33,084 nt of DNA from an uncultured Rhodobiaceae bacterium. Its GTDB lineage: Bacteria; Pseudomonadota; Alphaproteobacteria; MED-G09. The number at the start of each line of letters is the position of its first letter. Positions within the stretch are counted from its first letter, which is position 1. The stretch lies in NCBI GenBank assembly GCA_964557485.1, contig CAZLAN010000002.1:1-33084 (forward strand), written 5' to 3'. The position numbers and the translations under genes were made by a program. Below, one piece after another: positions 9,229 to 18,813 of the stretch. The notes under the pieces were generated by a model. That model saw only the letters and a program-made list of their open reading frames with translations, had not been told where the DNA came from and ran no database searches.

Positions 9229-9927
9229 ATGGAATTATTCAAAATTAGGAATTGGGTCTTCGATCTTGATAATACCCTTTACTCTCCAGAAGAAGATATT
9301 TTTAATCAAATTGATGAAAGAATGACGAAATTTATCACTGATAAATTTAAAGTCGATAAAGACAAAGCTTTCAGCATCCAAAAAAAATATTTTTTAGAAT
9401 ATGGAACTACTCTTTCAGGATTGATGAAAAAAAATAAAATAAATCCTGAAGAATTCTTAGAGTTCGTTCATGATATTAATTTAGATATCCTAAAACCTGA
9501 TAGAAAATTAAATAAAATCTTATCTAACTTACCGGGGAAAAAATTTATTTTTACTAACGGCTCAAAAGGTCATGCTAAAAATGTTTTGACTAAATTAGAA
9601 ATGAATGAATTTTTTGATGATATTTTTGATATCCAAGATAGTAATTTTATTCCTAAACCAAAAAAAGAGGCTTATACTAAATTTATTGCTAAAACGCGAA
9701 TTGAAGTAAATAGATCTATAATGTTTGAAGATATAGGTAGAAACTTGCAATCTGCAAAAGAATTAGGGATGTTATCAGTTTTAATTAAAAGAAAACCGAG
9801 AAAAAAAAGTGATAAATTTAACGATGAAGAATTCGGAAAGCTTTGGGATAATGATCAATATGCAGATTATATAACTGATGATCTAGTAAAGTTCTTCAAT
9901 AAATACTATAAAGACCCCCTAAATTGA
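9229..9927 (+). CDS. HAD-superfamily hydrolase, pyrimidine 5'-nucleotidase-like
   Basis: 232 aa with HAD motif I (FDLDNTLY), motif II (FTNG) and KPK. Occupies the argB-HAD-dapD slot seen in alphaproteobacteria. Confidence 0.7.
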   Translation: MELFKIRNWVFDLDNTLYSPEEDIFNQIDERMTKFITDKFKVDKDKAFSIQKKYFLEYGTTLSGLMKKNKINPEEFLEFVHDINLDILKPDRKLNKILSNLPGKKFIFTNGSKGHAKNVLTKLEMNEFFDDIFDIQDSNFIPKPKKEAYTKFIAKTRIEVNRSIMFEDIGRNLQSAKELGMLSVLIKRKPRKKSDKFNDEEFGKLWDNDQYADYITDDLVKFFNKYYKDPLN

Positions 9928-9940
9928 AATAGGCAAATAG

Positions 9941-10768
9941 ATGAGTGATGAAATAGAAATAATTAATAACGCATTTGAGAGCATTGAAGATATTGGACCG
10001 AATTCAGATTCGAAAATAATCAGTTCAGTAGAAAAAATTGTGCAAAGCCTTGATGATGGATCGTTAAGAGTTGCAAATTTAGAAGGAAATATTTGGGAAT
10101 TAAACGAATATATAAAAAAAGCTATTTTACTTTATTTTCGAATTAAAGAAATGAAGCTAATCGAAGGTGGATCAAATGATTCTAAATGGTGGGATAAAAT
10201 AGATTCTAAATTTTCTTCGTGGGATAAAAATAATTTTGAAAATTCTAGCTTTAGAGCGGTTCCTGGATCAATAGTTCGTTATGGATCTTTTGTCGGAAAA
10301 GGATGTGTTTTGATGCCTAGTTTTATTAATATTGGTGCTTATGTAGATGAATCAACAATGGTTGATACTTGGGCAACAATTGGGTCATGTGCTCAAATAG
10401 GAAAAAACTGTCATATTTCTGGTGGTGCAGGCATAGGTGGCGTTCTTGAACCTTTACAGGCTAGTCCTGTAATCATTGAAGATAATTGCTTTATAGGAGC
10501 TAGATCTGAAGTTGCTGAAGGAGTAATTGTAAGAAAAGGTTCAGTAATTTCAATGGGAGTATTTCTTACAGCTTCGACACCTATCTTTGAAAGAGAAAGT
10601 GGAAATACCCTTTATGGAGAAGTGCCAGAATACTCAGTAATAGTTCCTGGAAGCATGCCATCAAAAAATGTGTCATCGGATGCTATGTTATCATGCGCAG
10701 TTATAGTAAAGACTGTTGATGAAAAAACGCGCTCAAAGACATCAATAAATGAATTATTAAGGGATTAA
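9941..10768 (+). CDS. dapD: 2,3,4,5-tetrahydropyridine-2,6-dicarboxylate N-succinyltransferase
   Basis: 275 aa. The long block [69 protein letters not shown] is near-identical in pattern to enterobacterial DapD. Confidence 0.93.
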   Translation: MSDEIEIINNAFESIEDIGPNSDSKIISSVEKIVQSLDDGSLRVANLEGNIWELNEYIKKAILLYFRIKEMKLIEGGSNDSKWWDKIDSKFSSWDKNNFENSSFRAVPGSIVRYGSFVGKGCVLMPSFINIGAYVDESTMVDTWATIGSCAQIGKNCHISGGAGIGGVLEPLQASPVIIEDNCFIGARSEVAEGVIVRKGSVISMGVFLTASTPIFERESGNTLYGEVPEYSVIVPGSMPSKNVSSDAMLSCAVIVKTVDEKTRSKTSINELLRD

Positions 10769-10769
10769 T

Positions 10770-11915
10770 ATGATTTATGATCCCCTTGAATTAACAACAG
10801 AACTAATTAAATGTCGTTCTGTAACCCCTAAGAATGATGGCGCAATTGAATTGCTATCTGATAGATTAGATAGTTTAGGATTTGATTGTGAAATAGTTGA
10901 ATTTTCAGAAGATAATTCTGAAAGTATTAAAAATCTTTGGGCAACAATTGGTAATGGTTCGCCAGTATTATCTTTCGCAGGTCATACTGATGTAGTTCCA
11001 GAGGGCGATGAAAATTTATGGAATACACCGGCTTTTGAAGGAAAAAATGACGGAAAAAAAATAATTGGTCGGGGAGCTGCAGATATGAAAGGTTCAATAA
11101 GCTCTTTTATTTCAGCAACAAGTATTTTTTTAGAGAACAAAAAAGAATTTAATGGATCAATAGCACTAATTATTACAGGAGATGAAGAAGGCCCTGCGAT
11201 TAATGGTACTGAAAAGTTACTTAGATGGATGGAAGAAAATAATCATACTTTTGACGATTGTATAGTTGGGGAACCTACTAATCCCAATAAATTAGGTGAA
11301 ATGATAAAAATAGGAAGAAGAGGAAGTACAAATATAACTATCAAAGTAAATGGAGTTGAAGGACATGTTGCATATCCAAAACTTGCAGAGAATCCTATTC
11401 CAAATCTAATTTCACTTTTAAAAGAATTAATAAGTGAGCCACTTGATCAAGGAAACGAGCACTTTGATGCATCAAATATAGAAATTACTTCCATAGATAC
11501 AGGCAATTTAGCTTCGAATGTTATACCTTCAGATATAACTGCAAAAGTAAATATTAGATATAATAGTAATTTTACAAAAGAAAAAATAGAAGCCGAAATA
11601 AAAGAAAGATTAAAGAATATTAATTTTGATTATGAGATAAATTATCAACATTCAGGAGATTCCTTCATAACTAAGCCTGGTAAATTAGCCAATAGCTTAT
11701 CCAAAATCATTGAAAATCATTGTGGGATTACTCCTGAACTTTCCACAACTGGCGGAACATCAGATGCTAGATTTTTAAAGAATTACGGAAGAGTTATTGA
11801 ATTTGGTCTAGTTGGCTATTCAATGCACAAAGCCAATGAATATTCTTATAATAATGATATAGAAAAATTAAGGGATATATATCTTGATTTAATAAAAGAA
11901 TATTTTACTCAATAA
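10770..11915 (+). CDS. dapE: succinyl-diaminopimelate desuccinylase
   Basis: 381 aa with M20 peptidase motifs GHTDVVP, GRGAADMKGS, ITGDEEG and GEPT. Immediately follows dapD. Confidence 0.9.
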   Translation: MIYDPLELTTELIKCRSVTPKNDGAIELLSDRLDSLGFDCEIVEFSEDNSESIKNLWATIGNGSPVLSFAGHTDVVPEGDENLWNTPAFEGKNDGKKIIGRGAADMKGSISSFISATSIFLENKKEFNGSIALIITGDEEGPAINGTEKLLRWMEENNHTFDDCIVGEPTNPNKLGEMIKIGRRGSTNITIKVNGVEGHVAYPKLAENPIPNLISLLKELISEPLDQGNEHFDASNIEITSIDTGNLASNVIPSDITAKVNIRYNSNFTKEKIEAEIKERLKNINFDYEINYQHSGDSFITKPGKLANSLSKIIENHCGITPELSTTGGTSDARFLKNYGRVIEFGLVGYSMHKANEYSYNNDIEKLRDIYLDLIKEYFTQ

Positions 11916-12646
11916 TCAACATTCATAAGATATAAACCTTTTGCTGGCGCAGTAGGTCCGCATCTTTTCCTATCTTTTGCATTTAAAATATCTTTAATAA
12001 TTTTAGGATCCCATTTTCCTTCGCCAACGAATTTTAGCGACCCAACAATAGATCGTAATTGATTATGAAGAAAAGATTTCGCAGAAAATTTAAAAGAAAT
12101 CTTATCTCCCAATTTAGATATATCTATTTTATCAAGCGTTTTAGAAGGTGACTTAGATTGACATTTTATCGACCTGTATGTGGTGAAATCGTGAGTACCT
12201 ATTAGATATTTAGAAGCCTTAATCATAAGATTTACATTTAAAGGTTTACCTACTCGCCAATATAAATTCTTGTCCACTGTCAAAGGTTGTCTTCTATTTA
12301 TAATTTTATATTCATAATGCCTAGATTTTGCAGAAAAACGAGCATGAAAATCAGTACTTTTACTGTTAGCATTAATTATTGCTATAGGACTTGGCTTAAG
12401 ATAGCTATTTAAGGCTTCTCTTAATTCATTCTCATTGGTATTTTTCTCTATATCAAAGTGAGCAACTTGCCCAAGGGCATGAACGCCAGAATCAGTCCTG
12501 CCAGCACAAAATATTTTTACCTTTTCTTTAGAAAATTTATAAATTGCATCTTCAATATAATCTTGAACTCCAGACAAATCCTTTTGACTCTGCCATCCAT
12601 TAAATTCACACCCTTTATATTCAATTATAATTTTCCATCTTTGCAT
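11909..12646 (-). CDS. truA: tRNA pseudouridine(38-40) synthase
   Basis: 245 aa with YKGCEFNGWQSQ and the catalytic Asp block GRTDSGVHALGQVAHF. Confidence 0.9.
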   Translation of the reverse strand: MQRWKIIIEYKGCEFNGWQSQKDLSGVQDYIEDAIYKFSKEKVKIFCAGRTDSGVHALGQVAHFDIEKNTNENELREALNSYLKPSPIAIINANSKSTDFHARFSAKSRHYEYKIINRRQPLTVDKNLYWRVGKPLNVNLMIKASKYLIGTHDFTTYRSIKCQSKSPSKTLDKIDISKLGDKISFKFSAKSFLHNQLRSIVGSLKFVGEGKWDPKIIKDILNAKDRKRCGPTAPAKGLYLMNVDY

Positions 12647-13606
12647 TTATTCAAAAGCTCTTTCACCATAAATCAGTTTATTTCCTAGAAGATAATCTTT
12701 TGCATTCATTGCTTTCTTACCTTCGGGCTGTACTCTTAAAACTTTAATTGATTGATCGCCACAACCTACAATAAAGCCATCATTTATTGAATTATCTTTA
12801 ATAATAAATCCTACTTTCTCAGATATTTCTTCAACTTTAACACTTAAAATTTTTAATCTTTTCCCATCATGGGTCATAGTCCATGCGCAAGGGTTTGGAC
12901 TCATTGCATTAACTAAATTTTTTATAACTTGTGCAGAACTCTTCCAATTAATTCTTGTTTCCTCTTTTTTTATTTTATTTGCATAAGATGCTTTAGAATT
13001 ATCTTGATCTTCTTTTTTTAAACTTCCATTTAAATAATCATTAATAACTTTGTTAATTGAATCTGCCGCTAAATTTGACAGGGTATTATGCACGATTAAG
13101 AAATTATCTTCCGAATTTATCGAAATTTCTTGCCGTTTAATTACTGGACCAACATCAAGCCCTTTTTCCATAATCATATATGATAAACCCGTGACATCGT
13201 CTCCTGCAATTATTGATCTTTGGATAGGCGCCGCACCTCTCCAAATTGGGAGTAAAGAAGCATGAATATTAATACATCCATATTTAGGTAATTTTAGAAC
13301 TGCTTCAGGCAATATCATGCCGTAAGCAACTACAATTATAATATCCAAGTTTAAAGAAGATATAAAATCTACTTCTTCTTTATTAAATTTTTCTGGAGTT
13401 CTTATATATAAATTATTCTCAAAGGCGCTCTTAAAAACAGCAGAATCTAAATTCTTCATGCCTCTTCCAGCCGGTTTTCCCTTTTGAGTAAAAACACAAG
13501 AAATATCAAAATTACCTTTTATTAGACTTTCTAATATCGGCACAGAAAAGTCAGGAGTACCCATAAAACCTATTTTTATAGTGCTTATTTTATCATTTTT
13601 GTTCAT
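12647..13606 (-). CDS. fmt: methionyl-tRNA formyltransferase
   Basis: 319 aa with FMGTPDFSVP and the HASLLPIWRGAAPIQRSI motif. Sits in a def-fmt operon. Confidence 0.9.
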   Translation of the reverse strand: MNKNDKISTIKIGFMGTPDFSVPILESLIKGNFDISCVFTQKGKPAGRGMKNLDSAVFKSAFENNLYIRTPEKFNKEEVDFISSLNLDIIIVVAYGMILPEAVLKLPKYGCINIHASLLPIWRGAAPIQRSIIAGDDVTGLSYMIMEKGLDVGPVIKRQEISINSEDNFLIVHNTLSNLAADSINKVINDYLNGSLKKEDQDNSKASYANKIKKEETRINWKSSAQVIKNLVNAMSPNPCAWTMTHDGKRLKILSVKVEEISEKVGFIIKDNSINDGFIVGCGDQSIKVLRVQPEGKKAMNAKDYLLGNKLIYGERAFE

Positions 13607-14138
13607 TGTAATGTGATAAGCGATCTTCCTTAACAGGGTTCTTCTGAAACTTTATTGATTTTTTGATTGATAGGTCTTTCTTTAATCTTGATAAATGATC
13701 TACAAAAACTATTCCTTCTAAATGATCCATTTCGTGCTGAATTACCGTAGCAAGCAATCCATTAAATTCTTTTTCTTGTTTTTTACCTTTTCTATCTAAA
13801 AATTTAACCTTACATTGATCTGGCCTTTCAATCTCTTCCCATACACCAGGCACAGATAAACAACCCTCTTCAAATGAACTTAGATTCTTTGATGGCTTAA
13901 AAATTTCAGGATTAATAAAAAATAAAGGATCTTTTTGTTCCTCTTTTGATATATCAATTACTAACATTCTTAGAGGAATCCCAATTTGAATTGCTGCAAG
14001 CCCTATTCCTGGTGCATCATACATAGTATCGAGCATATCATCCAAAATTGATCTGATTTCATCATTAACTTCTTTTACGGGTTTAGAAATCTTTTTCAAT
14101 AATCGACTAGGTACTTTTATAATTTCTTTAATTGCCAT
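13593..14138 (-). CDS. def: peptide deformylase
   Basis: 181 aa carrying all three deformylase motifs: GIGLAAIQIG, EGCLSVPG and QHEMDHLEG. Confidence 0.93.
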   Translation of the reverse strand: MAIKEIIKVPSRLLKKISKPVKEVNDEIRSILDDMLDTMYDAPGIGLAAIQIGIPLRMLVIDISKEEQKDPLFFINPEIFKPSKNLSSFEEGCLSVPGVWEEIERPDQCKVKFLDRKGKKQEKEFNGLLATVIQHEMDHLEGIVFVDHLSRLKKDLSIKKSIKFQKNPVKEDRLSHYNEQK

Positions 14139-14182
14139 ACTATTTGATAAACCGACTTAAAAAAGTTCGCAATAAGAATATT

Positions 14183-14776
14183 CTAGAACGGTTGTCTTGA
14201 TTCTATTGCCTCTAATAGAGTACCATCATCCATATAGTCTAATTCTCCGCCAACCGGAACGCCTCTTGCTAATCTAGAAACTATTATATCAATAGAGGAT
14301 AATTGATCAGTAATATAATAAGCAGTAGTTTGTCCATCTATCGTAGCATTCATTGCAAGTATTACTTCCTTTGTTTCATCTTTTTTAGCTCTTTCAATTA
14401 AAGATGCAATTCCAATATTTTCTGGACTTACCCCATCAATCGCTGAAAGTGAGCCCCCTAAAACATGGTAAAGCCCTTTATGAACAGCAGCTCTTTCTAA
14501 AGCCCAAAGATCTGCAACTTCTTCAATTACAACAATTACTGATACATCCCGTTTTTGGTCATCACAAATATTACAAGGTGATTTAGTGTCTAAATTTCCA
14601 CATTCATTACATTTAACTATAGAATCTGCAGTATCAATAATAGATTTAGCCAAGGGCCTCATAAGAGAATCCGGTTTTTTTAGTAAACTTAAAGCAAGTC
14701 TCCTTGCCGAGCGAGGACCTATCCCTGGTAACCTTGCTAATAATTCTATCAAATTATCAATTTCACTTTGGCTCAT
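14183..14776 (-). CDS. recR: recombination protein RecR
   Basis: 197 aa with the helix-hairpin-helix LPGIGPRSARRLA, a C4 zinc finger (CNECGNLDTKSPCNIC) and a Toprim domain. Confidence 0.93.
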   Translation of the reverse strand: MSQSEIDNLIELLARLPGIGPRSARRLALSLLKKPDSLMRPLAKSIIDTADSIVKCNECGNLDTKSPCNICDDQKRDVSVIVVIEEVADLWALERAAVHKGLYHVLGGSLSAIDGVSPENIGIASLIERAKKDETKEVILAMNATIDGQTTAYYITDQLSSIDIIVSRLARGVPVGGELDYMDDGTLLEAIESRQPF

Positions 14777-14777
14777 T

Positions 14778-16493
14778 CTAATTCTCTACCTTATTAACAG
14801 CTGTAATCTTGGAATCAGGAAAGGCTTCCATTACCTTTTTAATCTCATCATTATCGCTGACTTCATCTATAATCTGAGTTTGTATATTCTTTTGCTTTTC
14901 AATAAATGTTTTATCACCCTTTTTTGTAGAAACATTAATTATCCATCTCTGATTACTCCAATCATAAAGCTTTGCAATTAATTCTTTAATAATCTCATTG
15001 TTTCCTTCAGAAACATTAATATCAATATTACCTTTTTCAAAACTAACTAATCTCACATCTTCTTGTAGAAATTTCTTTAATATCAAAAATTTATATTTAC
15101 CTGCTAATTTTATAATATCTTCAAAAGAATTTATACTTTCGCCATTAGGTTCATTAGAAATATTAGATTCTACATAAGTTTTATTTTGATTTTTTTTATT
15201 ATTTTCACTTATTTTTTTTTTTTTATTTTCTTCTACTCCATCAAGTGAATTTATAATTTCAGCTGGAGTCTGCAAATCAGAGATATATGACATCCTTATA
15301 ATAACCATTTCAAGAGCTGCGTATGAATTAAAAGAATTCTTAATTTCAGAATCTGCTTTTAATAGCATTTGCCAAAATCTTGATAATTTTCTGACATCGA
15401 GATTTTCTTTTAGTTCAATTAATTTTGAAAAATTTTCAGGACCTAAAAATAAATTATCATCTTTTGCTTTTGAAACTTTCAAAAGAGTTAACTCATGAAC
15501 AATATCGCCTAAAGTAGAAATAATGTTTGAAGGTTCAGCCCCTAAATCAGTTTGCTCTTTTATTTCATCTAAAGCTTTTTCAATATTTCCTAAAGAAATT
15601 GATTTAAAAAGTTCGATAATACGAGAATGATCAGATAGACCAAGCATTTCCCTAATCGTATTCTCATCTATCTTTTGATTATTCTGACTTAAAGTTATAG
15701 CTTGGTCCAAAATTGATAAACCATCTCTTGCTGAACCTGATGCTGCCCTACCTATTATGGAAAGAATATTTTCATCAATATCTGCATTCTCTTTTAAACA
15801 AACTTTCTTCAAGAGTTTTAACATGTTTTCTTCATCAAGTTGTCTGAGATCAAATCTCTGACATCGTGATAAGATTGTTAATGGAACCTTATGAACTTCA
15901 GTGGTTGCAAAAATAAATTTTACATGAGGAGGAGGTTCCTCAAGAGTTTTTAGTAGTCCATTAAATGCAGACTTAGAAAGCATATGAACTTCGTCTATAA
16001 TATATATCTTATATCGCGCAGAAGTAGTTGAATAACTAACTGAATCAATAATTTCTCTAATATCAGCAATCCCGGTTCTTGATGCTGCATCCATTTCTAA
16101 AACATCAATATGTCTAGACTCCATTATTTCCTTACAATGAAATCCATATTTGTTAATCTCTAAAGTTGGAATATCAATATCTTCTGAACTATAATTTAAT
16201 GCTCGGGCTATAAGCCTAGCTGTTGTTGTCTTTCCAATACCCCTGACACCAGTCAACATATAAGCATGAGCAATCCTACCTGAAGCAAAGGCATTTTCTA
16301 ATATTTGAATCATAGTTTCTTGACCTAGCAAATCTGAAAAGTTTTGAGGTCTATATTTTCTTGCTAAAACTTTATATGGTTTAGAAATATTATTTTCTTC
16401 ATCACTAAGACCTAAAAAATCTTCTTGATTTTCATCTTCAATCGTTGGAGAAGTATGTTCGCCATCTGAATCTTTTTCTTGTGGATGTTCCAA
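14778..16493 (-). CDS. dnaX: DNA polymerase III subunit tau (gamma/tau)
   Basis: 571-aa ORF with Walker A GVRGIGKTT, Walker B IIDEVHMLS and sensor LSRCQRF. The start appears to be TTG at 16493, with a GAGGAA RBS 5 nt upstream. There is no in-frame ATG before the AAA+ core. Confidence 0.9.
   Translation of the reverse strand: MEHPQEKDSDGEHTSPTIEDENQEDFLGLSDEENNISKPYKVLARKYRPQNFSDLLGQETMIQILENAFASGRIAHAYMLTGVRGIGKTTTARLIARALNYSSEDIDIPTLEINKYGFHCKEIMESRHIDVLEMDAASRTGIADIREIIDSVSYSTTSARYKIYIIDEVHMLSKSAFNGLLKTLEEPPPHVKFIFATTEVHKVPLTILSRCQRFDLRQLDEENMLKLLKKVCLKENADIDENILSIIGRAASGSARDGLSILDQAITLSQNNQKIDENTIREMLGLSDHSRIIELFKSISLGNIEKALDEIKEQTDLGAEPSNIISTLGDIVHELTLLKVSKAKDDNLFLGPENFSKLIELKENLDVRKLSRFWQMLLKADSEIKNSFNSYAALEMVIIRMSYISDLQTPAEIINSLDGVEENKKKKISENNKKNQNKTYVESNISNEPNGESINSFEDIIKLAGKYKFLILKKFLQEDVRLVSFEKGNIDINVSEGNNEIIKELIAKLYDWSNQRWIINVSTKKGDKTFIEKQKNIQTQIIDEVSDNDEIKKVMEAFPDSKITAVNKVEN
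15212..15224 (-). repeat. A13 homopolymer (coding strand) inside dnaX
   Basis: T13 on the plus strand at 15212-15224. It encodes KKKK (codons 424-427) and is flanked by off-frame stops TAA and TGA. Confidence 0.95.
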
Positions 16494-16619
16494 TATTTCC
16501 TCTTACTAAATAAAATATTAAATATATATTGAGTCTTTAATCAACCACTAAAGTAAAATCATTGAAAGTGTTTATTAGACTAATAATTATTAGTACAATA
16601 TTATATAAGAGATAAAGTT

Positions 16620-17579
16620 ATGAGAGTTTATCCTAATATATTTTCTAATAATCCTGTAGACCGTGTTTCTGATCTGCGATCAAATCCTGAATGGGTTAAG
16701 AAAACTCTTGAAGGAAATAAAGCAATGATTTCCCTATTCTGGAAGGGAAAGGCTTTTGTATCAAATGTAAAGAATCTTACATCGGGTCATGCTGATCCTG
16801 ATCAATTAAGCCCTGCTTGGTTTCCTTTAGATTTTTTAAAAGATCATATAACAAGTGATGACAATCTGATTTTTATTGGTCTAATTAGAGAAATGGCATT
16901 CTTTGCATTAGATTTATCAAAATTATCCGACCCAGAAAATATTCTTGAATTAAATAATTTAGGAGAATTCGAGGATTTAATGATACTAGCCCCACAAGCA
17001 ATTGATTCAGGAGAACTTGCAATGCTTGGCCAAGCAAAAGCAATTTTTGAATGGAATAATACTCATAATTTTTGTTCAAGGTGCGGCTCAGAAAGCATTA
17101 TGGTAGAAGCTGGCTATAAAAGGTTATGTAATAATTGTAATACTGAACATTTTCCGAGAACCGACCCTGTTGTTATAATGCTGGCAACATATAAAGATAC
17201 AGCCTTTCTTGGTCGCCAAAAAAGGTTTCCACCAGGAATGTATTCTGCATTAGCAGGTTTTATTGAGCCTGGAGAATCAATTGAAGAGGCAGTTGCAAGA
17301 GAGCTTAAGGAGGAGGCTGGAATTGAGATCTCTAAGGCTAAATATCATTCTAGTCAGCCTTGGGCTTTCCCAAATTCATTAATGATAGGTTATTTAGCAG
17401 AATCAGAAACAAATAAATTCAAGCTTGACCAAGTAGAGCTTGATGAAGGAAGATGGTTTACAAGAGACGAATTAAAAGAAACAATAAATGGAAAAAATGA
17501 TAACGGTTTCTTTGTCCCTCCTCCGATGGCTATTGCTCATCATTTAATTAAAGCATTTGTAGAGGAAGTTAATGAATAA
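16620..17579 (+). CDS. nudC: NAD+ diphosphatase / NADH pyrophosphatase (Nudix)
   Basis: 319 aa with the zinc ribbon CSRCGS...CNNCNTEHFPR followed by the Nudix box GFIEPGESIEEAVARELKEEAGI and SQPWAFPNSLM. Confidence 0.8.
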   Translation: MRVYPNIFSNNPVDRVSDLRSNPEWVKKTLEGNKAMISLFWKGKAFVSNVKNLTSGHADPDQLSPAWFPLDFLKDHITSDDNLIFIGLIREMAFFALDLSKLSDPENILELNNLGEFEDLMILAPQAIDSGELAMLGQAKAIFEWNNTHNFCSRCGSESIMVEAGYKRLCNNCNTEHFPRTDPVVIMLATYKDTAFLGRQKRFPPGMYSALAGFIEPGESIEEAVARELKEEAGIEISKAKYHSSQPWAFPNSLMIGYLAESETNKFKLDQVELDEGRWFTRDELKETINGKNDNGFFVPPPMAIAHHLIKAFVEEVNE

Positions 17580-18813
17580 AAAGAATCTTATAATATTTTT
17601 TACGCTTTTGTTATTTAGCACTGAAATAGCTTTATCCAAAATAGAGATAGATCCAGGTGAAAATGCCTATGATCAAATACAAGAAGCTTTCATCCTAGCA
17701 GAACCATATGAAGAGATACATTTAACTGAAGGAATTTATAATCTTGAAGATGGCTTATCGTTGGATGTTGATAATGTGATAATTTCTGGTGATGGAAATA
17801 ATAAAACCATATTATCCTTTAAAAATCAAAAATCTGGAGCTGAAGGATTATTGGTTACTAGCAATGGCGTTACCTTAAAAGATTTTGCAGTTGAAGATAC
17901 AATTGGAGATGCAATTGTAGTGAAGAAAGCAAAAGGTATTAGGTTAATTAGAGTAAGGACTGAATGGACTGGAGGGCCAAAATCAACAAATGGTGCCTAT
18001 GGAATATACCCAGTAGAAAGCAAAGATGTATTGATAGATGGTTGCATAGCTATAGGCGCATCTGATGCAGGCATCTATGTTGGTCAATCAGAAAGGATAA
18101 AAGTATTAAATAGCGAGGCTAAATTTAATGTAGCAGGGATTGAAATTGAAAATAGCTATTATGCTGAGGTTATAGGTAATATTTCTCATCATAATACAGG
18201 TGGAATTCTTGTTTTTGACTTGCCTAATCTCCCCCAACAAGGTGGTCACGATATTTTAGTTAAAAATAATAAAGTTATAAATAATGATACTGCAAATTTT
18301 GCTCCAGAAGGAAATATTGTTGGTAAAACACCTAATGGAACAGGAATAATGATTATGGCTAATGATAGAGTAAAAATAGAAGATAATTTAATTTCAGGAA
18401 ATGCTACAGCAGGAATCTTAGTTGTTAGTTATTTAGAAGACTATGAAGACGATAATTATAATCCTCTTCCAAACAGAATATTTATAGCTAATAATTCGTT
18501 AAAAAATAATGGGTTTGATGTTGATGAAGTTAGAGCTGAGCCTATATCAGCATTTACTGAAGAAAAAGCACCTGAGATTATTTGGGATGGAGTAACCACT
18601 ATTACAGAATGGATAGGCCTTAAAAAACAACAAAGATTAATATTAGGCCCAAATAATAATGAAACAGGATCAATAGACATGATAAATCTCAATTTAATGA
18701 CTTATGCCTTAATTCCTTGGCTTCATAAAACAAAAAATAATTATGAAGACTATATTGGAAAAGGGATAACTTTAGAAAGTGTAAAGTTTGAGACACTATG
18801 GCAAAAAAATTAA
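17572..18813 (+). CDS. secreted parallel beta-helix repeat protein (NosD/CASH-like fold), function unknown
   Basis: 413 aa with a signal peptide (MNKKNLIIFFTLLLFSTEIALS). Repeated beta-helix turns of the type G..V..S..V.I..N / GI.I..S. GAGGAAG RBS. The start overlaps the nudC stop by 8 nt. Confidence 0.6.
   Translation: MNKKNLIIFFTLLLFSTEIALSKIEIDPGENAYDQIQEAFILAEPYEEIHLTEGIYNLEDGLSLDVDNVIISGDGNNKTILSFKNQKSGAEGLLVTSNGVTLKDFAVEDTIGDAIVVKKAKGIRLIRVRTEWTGGPKSTNGAYGIYPVESKDVLIDGCIAIGASDAGIYVGQSERIKVLNSEAKFNVAGIEIENSYYAEVIGNISHHNTGGILVFDLPNLPQQGGHDILVKNNKVINNDTANFAPEGNIVGKTPNGTGIMIMANDRVKIEDNLISGNATAGILVVSYLEDYEDDNYNPLPNRIFIANNSLKNNGFDVDEVRAEPISAFTEEKAPEIIWDGVTTITEWIGLKKQQRLILGPNNNETGSIDMINLNLMTYALIPWLHKTKNNYEDYIGKGITLESVKFETLWQKN

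Noticed and set aside
16494-16619. Looked for an SRP (4.5S/ffs) RNA, which often lies next to dnaX, and for any structured RNA in the dnaX/nudC spacer.
   Set aside because: The spacer is almost pure A/T with no GC-rich helix or conserved SRP domain IV-like motif. Only the AT palindrome reported separately is present.
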